Source of the DNA: a virus
Lineage: Duplodnaviria > Caudoviricetes
Direction: 5' to 3' (one strand)
Virus record (IMG/VR): IMGVR_UViG_3300021164_001175
Location: 1-64,000 of that record
Length of the DNA: 64,000 nt
Below the pieces are notes generated by a model. That model was not told the DNA's origin and made no database searches. It saw only the letters and a program-made list of their open reading frames with translations. Position numbers and translations under genes: made by a program. This document shows positions 28,156-36,939 of this stretch, one piece after another (the first letter of the stretch is position 1; the number at the start of each line of letters is the position of its first letter).

Positions 28156-28386
28156 ATGAACACACCAACACTTACATTCACATTGGCAGGCGAGTCCACT
28201 TCAGTTCGTGAACTCTCGTACAACAATCAGTTGTTGTTCGTGACATTCACTTCGGGAGTGACTTACTGTTACTACGATGTGCCGCTAGAAGCCGTCAAGG
28301 CAGTTATCGGTGCAGACTCAATCGGTTCTGCACTTCATCACAACATCATCAGCCAGCCATTCGCGTTCCAAAGACTGGAACGATAA
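28156..28386 (+). CDS. KTSC domain protein
   Basis: STSVRELSY...LFVTFTSGVTYCYYDVP...ADSIG. Confidence 0.75.
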   Translation: MNTPTLTFTLAGESTSVRELSYNNQLLFVTFTSGVTYCYYDVPLEAVKAVIGADSIGSALHHNIISQPFAFQRLER

Positions 28387-28634
28387 TGGCTACTGGTGTT
28401 GATTTCATCACCCGTAGGGAGTTGTTGCGAGAACATCTCTCTACGGGTCACTACCCACCACTCTCTGAACGTTTCATCGAAGTTGCCGAGACTGCATTAG
28501 ACCATCTCGCGGCAACCGATAATGAAGGTGCAGAAATCATTCTCCCAAATGGAATTACTTTCTACGGTTCAGACACGGCTATCGTGGAACATGTAATAGA
28601 GTCACTCCACTTGTGGGACTTCATAAGCAACTAG
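28386..28634 (+). CDS. Hypothetical protein
   Basis: HL..GHYPP...IESLHL; TAATG coupling. Confidence 0.6.
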   Translation: MATGVDFITRRELLREHLSTGHYPPLSERFIEVAETALDHLAATDNEGAEIILPNGITFYGSDTAIVEHVIESLHLWDFISN

Positions 28635-28648
28635 ACCAAGGAGAAATC

Positions 28649-29113
28649 ATGTACACATTGTTAGAAAAAGCGAAAGTATCAGAAGCGTTCATTTACCAAG
28701 AGCTTGGTGAAGAACGATTCGGAAAGCAAGCGAAGTTGTATTCACTTGCCGAGACAGAATCCGGTGATATTGACATAAAGATGGAAAAATCAGGTGTCGA
28801 TATCTACGAAGTTGTGGAATCTTCTCATGCCCGTAAAATTGCAAAGAAATCAAAGTACATCATCATCGTTACTACTGGTTGGGCCGCACCTTTGCCACAA
28901 GACCCCGATGACAAAGATGACATAAACAATCATGTAACACCATCTCAACACCCTGAACGTCGCCGTTGCCTTGTAACGGTCATCGCAGGTGAAGAAGGTG
29001 TCGCGTCTTGTGTCAGGTTCTCTGATTCAGATGAAGTTGTAGTCGATGAGGGCAAAGCCCGTGGTTCATTGGCAGAGTCAATCCATAAACTATGGGAAGG
29101 CTCTAGGGCGTAA
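28649..29113 (+). CDS. Hypothetical protein
   Basis: TGWAAP...PSQHPERRR; AAGGAG RBS; TAA overlaps element copy 13. Confidence 0.65.
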   Translation: MYTLLEKAKVSEAFIYQELGEERFGKQAKLYSLAETESGDIDIKMEKSGVDIYEVVESSHARKIAKKSKYIIIVTTGWAAPLPQDPDDKDDINNHVTPSQHPERRRCLVTVIAGEEGVASCVRFSDSDEVVVDEGKARGSLAESIHKLWEGSRA

Positions 29114-29145
29114 TCGCCAAAAAGGGAATCCCGATTCTGTACACT
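29112..29145 (+). promoter_or_regulatory. 34-bp element, copy 13 (leaderless ATG at 29152)
   Basis: AATCGCCAAAAAGGGAATCCCGATTCTG-TACACT. Confidence 0.75.
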
Positions 29146-29151
29146 TTACTT

Positions 29152-29391
29152 ATGGAACTACTAAACAAAGTCAAAGAAAAAGCAAAGCAACACCCGTTGA
29201 TTGCTAGTGCAGTATTCATCGCATTAGCACCAAACATCATATTTGGTGCATTGTTCTCTGTACTCGGGTTCATCGGTGCAGGCAGGATATTCCTGCTCGT
29301 ACTGATTGGACTCGGGTACGGTGGCTACAAGCTCGTAAAGAGCAATGTCATAATGGAACTTATTCCATTTAGCGAAAAAGAGGATTTCTAA
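29152..29391 (+). CDS. Small membrane protein
   Basis: Long hydrophobic stretch. Confidence 0.6.
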   Translation: MELLNKVKEKAKQHPLIASAVFIALAPNIIFGALFSVLGFIGAGRIFLLVLIGLGYGGYKLVKSNVIMELIPFSEKEDF

Positions 29392-29551
29392 TGAACGAAG
29401 TACTCACATACATTGACGGACTTATCTCGTCAATCTCGGGCCGCTCGCTTGTGTCTTCGAGTGAGATGGTGGATGCATTACTTGACATCCGTCTGCTCAC
29501 GGAACTACACTCTGTTAGCGAAGGCGAATCACCCGTACTGGAGAACATACA

Positions 29552-29812
29552 GTGACAACTACTAAACTTGACTACAAGAAGTACATTGAGGACTTGCGAG
29601 ACATCATCAGCAATGTAGAAGGTGCTGGTCTCGTTTCTGAAATTGACGAGGTTCTCACTGGTTTCTTCGCCAATGTCGGGGAGACACCCGTACCCGATTA
29701 TGCAGCATATTTTCTTGATAACATTATTGATATTCTCAATAATGTAGAAGGTGCTGGTCTTGAGAGCGAACTAAAGCACCTGTTAGATGTCCTACCAAAA
29801 ACACTTTACTAA
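29552..29812 (+). CDS. Hypothetical protein with internal duplication
   Basis: NVEGAGL occurs twice (AATGTAGAAGGTGCTGGTCT twice). Confidence 0.6.
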   Translation: MTTTKLDYKKYIEDLRDIISNVEGAGLVSEIDEVLTGFFANVGETPVPDYAAYFLDNIIDILNNVEGAGLESELKHLLDVLPKTLY

Positions 29813-29827
29813 ACTGGAGAAAATCTA

Positions 29828-30109
29828 ATGACAGAAGAGTGGATGAGATGTGTTGATAGAAAGCTGATAGACGGAGCCGCTAAGAAGGTTGTTGGCGATG
29901 ACATCGTGGACAGCATATTTGGCAACTATCTTGTCTGCCATAAGGGGACTGGAACGTTCATGAACCTGGAAGATTGTGTTCTCATCAATGCAGATGAACT
30001 AAATGAAGAAGAAAATCAGATGATTGATGAGGCTGGAGAACTTCCCGAAAGTGCCTATGAGCACGGTGTTGATATGACCGTAATCGTTGATAGTTTCTTC
30101 AACAACTAA
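29828..30109 (+). CDS. Acidic hypothetical protein
   Basis: GGAG RBS. Confidence 0.55.
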   Translation: MTEEWMRCVDRKLIDGAAKKVVGDDIVDSIFGNYLVCHKGTGTFMNLEDCVLINADELNEEENQMIDEAGELPESAYEHGVDMTVIVDSFFNN

Positions 30110-30264
30110 TGAGGACTTACGTTTTCATATTCACTCTTATCTACCTGTACATACTGCTATGGGGGAAGCGCCGATGATGCGTGGCTCGTTCTACTCAGTG
30201 GCTCGAGAAGGCAATGACGTTGTACTAAAGATAAGAGGCATGGATGATTACAGAATCAAGTGCA

Positions 30265-30546
30265 CTACTCTTGAGGAAGCTCTTGACCTATTCGACTATT
30301 GGCACCACCTGATGACTGCATCTCACCAAGCGTTGGTTTACGGCTGGCAATAGTGCCGGCAATGCTGCCGAGAGACTTCTCGTTCAGTACCCACATATGA
30401 GAGTTGCGCGCGGCTTCTGCTTGCTTGTCAAATAGCTCTTGCATACGTTTCTCAATGTCAGCAATCGAGTTACTCACCTTTAGGTATCGAGACTCCAAGG
30501 GGGCAATGTTCGGGACTACAATGTCATCATCATTAGTGTCGCTCAT
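30265..30546 (-). CDS. Hypothetical coiled-coil protein
   Basis: TATCAT-6nt-ATG leaderless start divergent from the SNF2 gene. Confidence 0.45.
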   Translation of the reverse strand: MSDTNDDDIVVPNIAPLESRYLKVSNSIADIEKRMQELFDKQAEAARNSHMWVLNEKSLGSIAGTIASRKPTLGEMQSSGGANSRIGQELPQE

Positions 30547-30570
30547 ACTTCCATGATATAGCATCTACGT

Positions 30571-32430
30571 ATGGATGCGGCTACCTATGTCCTGATGCTC
30601 CAGGATGACCATTTAGTACTCGATTTTGCTTACGACGCAGCCCAGGTGGCCGAGATAAAGCTCATTCCAGGCTCAAAGTGGGACAAAGTAGCTAAAGTTT
30701 GGCGCGTACCGGCAACGAGTATCCGGTTAGCTCGAGAGTTCTGTCAAAAACACGGCCATTCGATTGCCGGCGACGTGCTGCGTTTGACGGTCCCGGACCA
30801 AGGTGGTAGCACGGGACTATCGCTAAATGGTGAATTTATCTTCTTAACGTTTGCGTATGACCCGGTAAAAGTGCGCAGCGTTAAACAAATACCTGGAATC
30901 ACCTGGCACGCAAAATCGAAAGCCTGGAGAGCGCCGCTAACGTCGATTAAAACTGCAATAAAGTGGGCCGAAACATTCAAGCAGCACATTCCGGCTGACC
31001 TGGTCGAAGCGGCTGAAAACGTCGAAAATAGCTTAAATAATCTTCGAGAAGCCTCCCGGTCGACAGACGCGGCGTTGAAGCTGGATGGTTTTACGGGACT
31101 AATGGCGTATCAACGTGCCGGAGTCGAGTACGCAGCGCGCGCACGTAAGTGTTTCATAGCTGACGAGATGGGGCTGGGAAAGACGCTGCAAGGCATTGCC
31201 ACGCTCGAGTTAGTAGCGCAGAAATTCGATTGTTTTCCGGCAGTAGTTATGTGTCCGGCTAACCTGGTACTGAACTGGGAAAAAGAGTACGCAAAGTGGG
31301 CTCCCGGTCGACGTGTAAAAATAGTGAAAAATCGAAAGGAATTCCCGGCACCAGGCAGCTACGACGTGGTTGTTGTTGGTTATAGCAATATAACTACCTG
31401 GGAGAAGCAGCTTACCGGGGCAAATGCGTACATTTTTGACGAATCTCACTATCTGAAGAGCTTTACAGCGCAGCGCACAAAGAGCGCATTGAAGATGACT
31501 AAGAATCTTCGCCGCGAAGTCCCGATATTATGCCTTACCGGAACACCCGTAACGTCAAAGCCGGCTGAATATGCGGCTCAACTCGAGATTCTCGGCCAGC
31601 TGAATAAGTTTGGTGGAAAGTGGGGCTTTTATCGAAGATATTGCGCTGCGTTCCAGGACAAATACGGCCAGTGGCACCTGGACGGTAACTCAAATCTTGA
31701 TGAATTAAACGACTTGCTGCGCTCGACGTGTTATATCCGGCGTACAAAAGCGCAAGTTCTTACAGATTTACCCCCGGTTCTACACTCGATTGTTACGTTC
31801 GAGGGGGCTGCTGCAGCCGTTAAGGAATATCGAGCGGCTGAAGATGACGTTACGCAGTTTCTACGGGACAACAGCGGCGCTGATATGCCCACGCAGCTAG
31901 CCAGGATAAGTATTCTTCGCCGATTAGCCGCTCAGGCGAAGATGCCGGCTGTAATCGAATGGGTCCAGGAACGTGTCGACGCTGGTAAGAAGGTTGTAAT
32001 TGCGGCCCACCATCGGGACATTGTTGATGCATTGGCGCAACGTTTCGGCGGCCTGAAGATACAAGGCAGCATGACTGTCGAGCAAATCGAAGAGAATAAG
32101 AAGATATTCCAGGAATCGAGCGTTATCGAAGCTCCGGTAATCGTTCTTTCGATACAAGCGGCGAAGACCGGGCACACATTGACTGCAGCTCAAGACATTT
32201 TGTTTGTCGAGCTCCCCTGGACACCGGCTGATGTGCAGCAGACATTTAGCCGGCTACACCGTATCGGCCAGTTAGGGAGCGTTACAGCCACGTATGCGCT
32301 GCTTGAGAACTCCATTGACGAGGATATCCACCGACTCCTAGAGCGAAAGCTAACAGTTGTTACTGAAGCAATCGATGGAGCCAGTGGTCAGGAGGTTATC
32401 CTCTCGCTACTTGGCAGGAGAAGCCAGTAG
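30571..32430 (+). CDS. SNF2-family (SMARCAL1/HARP-like) helicase
   Basis: Two N-terminal HARP-like repeats (IPG.KW....KxW), ADEMGLGKT, DESH, LTGTP, IRRTK, QTFSRLHRIGQ. Confidence 0.9.
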   Translation: MDAATYVLMLQDDHLVLDFAYDAAQVAEIKLIPGSKWDKVAKVWRVPATSIRLAREFCQKHGHSIAGDVLRLTVPDQGGSTGLSLNGEFIFLTFAYDPVKVRSVKQIPGITWHAKSKAWRAPLTSIKTAIKWAETFKQHIPADLVEAAENVENSLNNLREASRSTDAALKLDGFTGLMAYQRAGVEYAARARKCFIADEMGLGKTLQGIATLELVAQKFDCFPAVVMCPANLVLNWEKEYAKWAPGRRVKIVKNRKEFPAPGSYDVVVVGYSNITTWEKQLTGANAYIFDESHYLKSFTAQRTKSALKMTKNLRREVPILCLTGTPVTSKPAEYAAQLEILGQLNKFGGKWGFYRRYCAAFQDKYGQWHLDGNSNLDELNDLLRSTCYIRRTKAQVLTDLPPVLHSIVTFEGAAAAVKEYRAAEDDVTQFLRDNSGADMPTQLARISILRRLAAQAKMPAVIEWVQERVDAGKKVVIAAHHRDIVDALAQRFGGLKIQGSMTVEQIEENKKIFQESSVIEAPVIVLSIQAAKTGHTLTAAQDILFVELPWTPADVQQTFSRLHRIGQLGSVTATYALLENSIDEDIHRLLERKLTVVTEAIDGASGQEVILSLLGRRSQ

Positions 32431-32437
32431 TCAGAAC

Positions 32438-32665
32438 CTAATGAATATCGGTTGTGATGTCAATCGTTTCTTCGTCTATCTCGTTGTCGGCATCAATGTC
32501 CTCAAACTCATCTCTAACGAAGATGGCATTGTTGTTTAGCCAAGTGCCCTTGTCGTCAATGCCCCACTCGTCCCACTCGTGTGGAAGTGGTTCTTTCAGG
32601 TCATAAGTGATGTAGCGATTTTGTGTTGATATTCGCCGCTCGACATTGGTGACATAGTAAATCAT
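32438..32665 (-). CDS. Hypothetical protein
   Basis: Operon context, AAGGGA RBS. Confidence 0.5.
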   Translation of the reverse strand: MIYYVTNVERRISTQNRYITYDLKEPLPHEWDEWGIDDKGTWLNNNAIFVRDEFEDIDADNEIDEETIDITTDIH

Positions 32666-32667
32666 GA

Positions 32668-32865
32668 TTAGTCCCTTGGTGGTAGGTCACGTTTGATTAC
32701 ATATTGTAACCAAGCCAATGGGGCAATTCCAATTACACCAACGACCATAATCACTGGTGCTACTTCCGGTGCTTGGTACATAAAGAACCAAGACGACAAG
32801 ATGGTTGAGAGTATGCCAAGACGAACGACATTTAGCATGGTGTTATATAACTGCCTGTCGGTCAT
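32668..32865 (-). CDS. Small two-TM membrane protein
   Basis: Two hydrophobic segments. Confidence 0.55.
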   Translation of the reverse strand: MTDRQLYNTMLNVVRLGILSTILSSWFFMYQAPEVAPVIMVVGVIGIAPLAWLQYVIKRDLPPRD

Positions 32866-33089
32866 AATGCGATACTCTCGCCCTCAGTGTCAATTCCAAA
32901 CCAAACCCCACCACCGTTGCCTTCGTAGTCCTGTGATGGGTACAACTTTACCCCATTGGACAGAACCATAACGATAGGTGTGCCGTTTCCGTACCCAACT
33001 TCCCAACCTTCTGCCTCAATTTCCGCAGCAGTCATGTCACGAAGTTCGGTAATTGTCATGCCCTCAATTGCTATCTCTTTAGTAGTCAT
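32862..33089 (-). CDS. Hypothetical protein (YPSQDYEGNGGG)
   Basis: Leaderless ATG 6 nt after the -10 of element copy 14. Confidence 0.65.
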   Translation of the reverse strand: MTTKEIAIEGMTITELRDMTAAEIEAEGWEVGYGNGTPIVMVLSNGVKLYPSQDYEGNGGGVWFGIDTEGESIAL

Positions 33090-33095
33090 AACCAA

Positions 33096-33160
33096 AGTAT
33101 AGAGAATAGGGATACCCTTTTTGGCGATTCGCCAAGAAGCCTGTCCCTACTTACTACTAT
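33096..33160. promoter_or_regulatory. Overlapping divergent pair of 34-bp elements (copy 14 minus 33096-33129; copy 15 plus 33127-33160)
   Basis: Central TTGGCGATTCGCCAA; -10 boxes TATACT and TACTAT, both followed by leaderless ATG. Confidence 0.8.
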
Positions 33161-33166
33161 CTACTC

Positions 33167-33373
33167 ATGGACACATTACCTACATACATCAACGTCACCC
33201 GTGTAATCACTTACAATGTAAAGGATATGCAGGATTTGATTTACGAACTAGAGAACGAAGAAGTCGGCCTTGAAGAAGTCATTGAACGAATTGAAGGTGA
33301 AGTATCTGAATACTTTACTGGCAGCCTCAAGGACTTGATTTGGACAGATGAGAACGGAGATGAACTTGAGTGA
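33167..33373 (+). CDS. Acidic hypothetical protein
   Basis: Leaderless start after element copy 15. Confidence 0.6.
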   Translation: MDTLPTYINVTRVITYNVKDMQDLIYELENEEVGLEEVIERIEGEVSEYFTGSLKDLIWTDENGDELE

Positions 33374-33812
33374 CTTCGTAGCAACAACTGTTTCAACCGA
33401 TGGGTTCACGGTGAATTACCTTGACCCAATCCGATTGGACCGACAAGACCCGGCATGGTATGTATGGGACATCAACTGTCATCAGCTTGTCGCCTCTGTA
33501 TTCAAGCAGGACAAGACTGTCTACATCTATTGTGATGGAGAGATGCGAATCCATGCTTGGGAGGACGGTTCAATGAAGCACAAAGACTCTCAATACTCGG
33601 TTATTCGTTACTGTGACCAACTCGAAGAGAACGGAATCAAAAACGACCTAGATTTGATTGCAGCTGAACCACGAATTGAAGTTCAGAACAATGCATGGTT
33701 TGATTTGTACGGCGACTTCGTTGATGGTGAGTGGTTTGATTGCGTAAACCACAGCCTTGGTGATGCGATTGACCAAGCAAAGGTACTAATCAATGAGGAA
33801 TTAGCCAAATAG
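33348..33812 (+). CDS. Hypothetical protein
   Basis: Long ORF in operon; start uncertain. Confidence 0.6.
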   Translation: MRTEMNLSDFVATTVSTDGFTVNYLDPIRLDRQDPAWYVWDINCHQLVASVFKQDKTVYIYCDGEMRIHAWEDGSMKHKDSQYSVIRYCDQLEENGIKNDLDLIAAEPRIEVQNNAWFDLYGDFVDGEWFDCVNHSLGDAIDQAKVLINEELAK

Positions 33813-33849
33813 TTATATAAATCTGTATAGTGATACCCAGGGAGGGCAT

Positions 33850-34347
33850 ATGCCACTAAAAAGAAGCATCAAAGAAGCAGACGTGAACGAGAAGCACCAC
33901 GAATTGTGGGCAGAGGCAGAAGAACAGTACGGAAGTAAGTACCGTGTTCCCTCTGAGAAGCAGTTTGAGATGAGTGCATACACCCGTGGTATGTATTGTT
34001 TGATGAATTGGGACGGGAAAGGCTCGCCGGCCCGACACCTGGCATCGTATTCCATTGACGAAAAGACGATTATTCAACTCGTGGCCGACTATTGCGGCGA
34101 GGAAATCAGCGAAGAAGAACTGTTTGTTCACAAGGAGAAGCGTGCAGACAAGTACGAAGCACTAGTTTCCTATGCGAAGGAGAATATCTTCCGTCAATGC
34201 ACTACGGAAGAACTCGTAGAAGTAGGAAGTTTCTCGTATCAGACGACTCTGAAGTACCTACAGGAGTCCCCGTGGTACAAGAAAGTCAAGAAAGGCTTGT
34301 GGGAGTGCCGTGATGCGAAGGCAGATAGAGAGTCAGATAAGTCTTAG
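33850..34347 (+). CDS. Hypothetical protein
   Basis: GGAGG RBS. Confidence 0.6.
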   Translation: MPLKRSIKEADVNEKHHELWAEAEEQYGSKYRVPSEKQFEMSAYTRGMYCLMNWDGKGSPARHLASYSIDEKTIIQLVADYCGEEISEEELFVHKEKRADKYEALVSYAKENIFRQCTTEELVEVGSFSYQTTLKYLQESPWYKKVKKGLWECRDAKADRESDKS

Positions 34348-34544
34348 GCTTGCCACTTATCCAATGGGCACTCTGAATCAACGAGCTTCACCTTCATTGG
34401 CATAAAGCAACCACACTCCATGCAGCCTCGAGTCTCTTTATCAAGCGAGGGACATCGTAAGCACGTCTGAAAACGCGCCATAGATACATCAATGGATACT
34501 GTTTCTTCCAAGTTATTCATAAACCTTCTGAATAGGCGTGACAC
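34344..34544 (-). CDS. Small Cys-rich protein (DUF6171-like)
   Basis: CLRC...CMECGCFM..K......CPLDKW. Confidence 0.65.
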   Translation of the reverse strand: MSRLFRRFMNNLEETVSIDVSMARFQTCLRCPSLDKETRGCMECGCFMPMKVKLVDSECPLDKWQA

Positions 34545-34553
34545 AAAGAGAGT

Positions 34554-35123
34554 TTAGTTGCCGGCTTTGCAACGAGAAGCATACTCCGGACCCCATTGGC
34601 AAGGGTCCCATGGTCCCCAGCCGGAAGCTTTGAACAAAACGAAGCCTGCTTTGAGGTTTGTGAGTGGGTCTAGGAGTGGTTCTTGCGTGCAGATTTGCAT
34701 CTCACGACAGATGAGCGCCCATTTATTGCGAGCAGGGTTGTAGTTCACTCCATTTATCTGTAACAAACCTGTGTCAGAGCGATGGGAGTAGGTAGAAACA
34801 CCCGTGATGTTGCAATTCTTATCAACAATGTCGCCACCACGTCGGTTTGGGCAACCACCTGATTCCCTCAGAATGATTTGTGTGAGTCGAGGGATTGCTT
34901 TCTTGGGCCAACCTGCTGCTAGAGCGAGTTCCGGAAGCCAAGAGACATCGCCGTGTGCAAAAAATACCTTCTTGGTAGCGATTCTTGGTTCGGCTCGGTC
35001 AGCGACTACCGAAGGATTGAATGATTTCAGCGAGATTTGGTCACCCCCTTGTGGCGTTCCAGGTGCAAATGCACCGAAGGCAAAAAAGACTACAGAGGTA
35101 ACCCAACCAGCGATGATTCTCAA
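34554..35123 (-). CDS. Secreted lytic transglycosylase (SLT/lysozyme-like)
   Basis: Signal peptide; IILRESGG catalytic Glu; DTGLLQIN; LLDPLTNLKA; GWGPW. Confidence 0.8.
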   Translation of the reverse strand: MRIIAGWVTSVVFFAFGAFAPGTPQGGDQISLKSFNPSVVADRAEPRIATKKVFFAHGDVSWLPELALAAGWPKKAIPRLTQIILRESGGCPNRRGGDIVDKNCNITGVSTYSHRSDTGLLQINGVNYNPARNKWALICREMQICTQEPLLDPLTNLKAGFVLFKASGWGPWDPCQWGPEYASRCKAGN

Positions 35124-35252
35124 ACTGTTCTCCTGAAATAGGTGGATAAGGAACAGGTATCAGTAGGACCTGCTTATGTAATTCAGTAACTCAGTACTTC
35201 TATGTTATCAGATTGTAACAATAAAAGACACTATTACGTTACCCGTAGGTAA

Positions 35253-35525
35253 TCAGTCCTTCACAATCGGCTCAGATGCAAGCCTATCAAGGAAATCATT
35301 AGGGTCCTCAAGCTTCAGGGAAACCATATAAGTCCCGTTATTCTCGGAAACTGGCATCAGCCCCATTGAATCAATGATGTATCCAGCCAGGGTGAGGCTT
35401 TCGTTCTCAATCTCAATAATGTCTTTATCTGACATCTTGTCCACGTTCTCGTCGGTGATTTGCAGGTCACTCAAAAGCTCCTGAATGTGTTCAAGGATTG
35501 CCATTCTAATTTCTACTGCGTCCAT
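35253..35525 (-). CDS. Acidic hypothetical protein
   Basis: AAGGGGAAG RBS. Confidence 0.55.
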   Translation of the reverse strand: MDAVEIRMAILEHIQELLSDLQITDENVDKMSDKDIIEIENESLTLAGYIIDSMGLMPVSENNGTYMVSLKLEDPNDFLDRLASEPIVKD

Positions 35526-35602
35526 GTTTGCTTCCCCTTTTCGTAGGTGTTAGTATTACACCCTAGCAAGAAACCAACCCGATATCTAAATAAGGAGAAG
35601 AA

Positions 35603-36034
35603 ATGAATCTTTCACCAATTACTGTGATTGGAAATATCACAGCAGACCCGGAACTCGCGTTCCTTACAAGTGGAACACCGAAGCTGACATTCTCAGTTGC
35701 AGTGAATCACGTCTGGTACGACGACAAGAACGAGAAGCAAGAGAAAGTTTCTTTTGTGAACGTAACTGCTTGGCGTTATTTGGCAGAAAACATTGCACGT
35801 TCAGCAAGCAAAGGTGTAGGCGTGATTGTTCATGGCCGACTTGAGCAGAGAACGTATGAAAAAGATGGCGAGAAGAAGTCAATCACTGAGATTGTCGCCG
35901 AAGAAGTAGGAATCTTGGTTCGTTCGATTGAGTCAATCGAGCGTCGCAAGAGTGCAGAGAACGGAACGAAGCCTGCTGCAAAGCCAGCGCAACGTCCACT
36001 TGCACGAGTTGGCTCTGAAGAAGAGCCTTTCTAA
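35603..36034 (+). CDS. ssb: Single-stranded DNA-binding protein
   Basis: GNITADPEL...VTAWRYLAEN...KGVGVIVHGRLEQR; acidic C-terminus EEEPF. Confidence 0.95.
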   Translation: MNLSPITVIGNITADPELAFLTSGTPKLTFSVAVNHVWYDDKNEKQEKVSFVNVTAWRYLAENIARSASKGVGVIVHGRLEQRTYEKDGEKKSITEIVAEEVGILVRSIESIERRKSAENGTKPAAKPAQRPLARVGSEEEPF

Positions 36035-36115
36035 CAAAAACGCCTCCTTGGCGTAGGTAAGTGTGTCCCATCAGTTGTTTCCGGAACGTGCAACTGGTGG
36101 GATTACACTTTATAA

Positions 36116-36520
36116 ATGACAACAGAACACCGAAAGTCGCCTCGACGCAAAATAAAGTCGATTGAGCGCATCGGAACTTGGGGAAATCTCAAATATCACC
36201 ACTTATTAGAGTGTGGTCACACTGAAGTACGAGCAAGAGCATCGTCAGCTCCCAAATTAGCTTGCGCCTGGTGTTTGCGTGTAGAAGATAAAAAAGATGA
36301 ACTTTTATCGCTTACCCCTAGCCTTTCTCAAAGCGATGAAAACTTTGATGAGATGTTTATAAAGCAACTTGATAACGAATCACGTGTTCGAGCAGAGATT
36401 GCAAAACGGTTACAAGTCCCGATTGACGCGATTGATGTAACAATTGATGATATATCTGGAATAAGAGCTGCGCGCGTTTTCTTTTCTCCCTCTGACGTGT
36501 CTAGAATGACGGGACTATAA
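36116..36520 (+). CDS. Hypothetical zinc-ribbon protein
   Basis: LECGH...CAWC. Confidence 0.55.
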   Translation: MTTEHRKSPRRKIKSIERIGTWGNLKYHHLLECGHTEVRARASSAPKLACAWCLRVEDKKDELLSLTPSLSQSDENFDEMFIKQLDNESRVRAEIAKRLQVPIDAIDVTIDDISGIRAARVFFSPSDVSRMTGL

Positions 36521-36543
36521 GTTCCGACACGAGGGGGAAGTAA

Positions 36544-36939
36544 GTGGCTAATCTTTATGGCATTCCTGTTGAAGATAAGTTTTTTCCAGAAGGACGTGCA
36601 GCGTGTACCGGGCACAATACCGAAATGTGGTTTCCGGACTACACGGTAAATAAAGAAGCTAAGACAAAACGTGAACTTGTTGCAAAGCGCAACGCAAATA
36701 TTGCTGCAGCAAAAGCAATTTGCGATACGTGCGGCATAAAAGAAGAATGTTTGATGTGGTCACTGAAGTACGAACCGTTCGGTATTTGGGGCGGCCGTGA
36801 TGAACGTGAGCGTTTCTGGGACAGACGGGACTACAAGGTTGAATGCGTAGTTGCTGAAAGAATATTTATCCCTGGAATAGGAAGAGCCTCTACAGCTAAC
36901 AAGAAAATGCCCACGCGCGTCATTGGGCGTATGAAGTGA
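36544..36939 (+). CDS. whiB: WhiB-family transcription factor (second copy)
   Basis: AACTG...WFP...AKAICDTCGIKEECLMWSL...FGIWGG. Confidence 0.88.
   Translation: MANLYGIPVEDKFFPEGRAACTGHNTEMWFPDYTVNKEAKTKRELVAKRNANIAAAKAICDTCGIKEECLMWSLKYEPFGIWGGRDERERFWDRRDYKVECVVAERIFIPGIGRASTANKKMPTRVIGRMK

Noticed and set aside
35124-35250. Possible riboswitch (c-di-AMP) upstream of the transglycosylase
   Set aside because: No recognisable consensus; only a weak hairpin.
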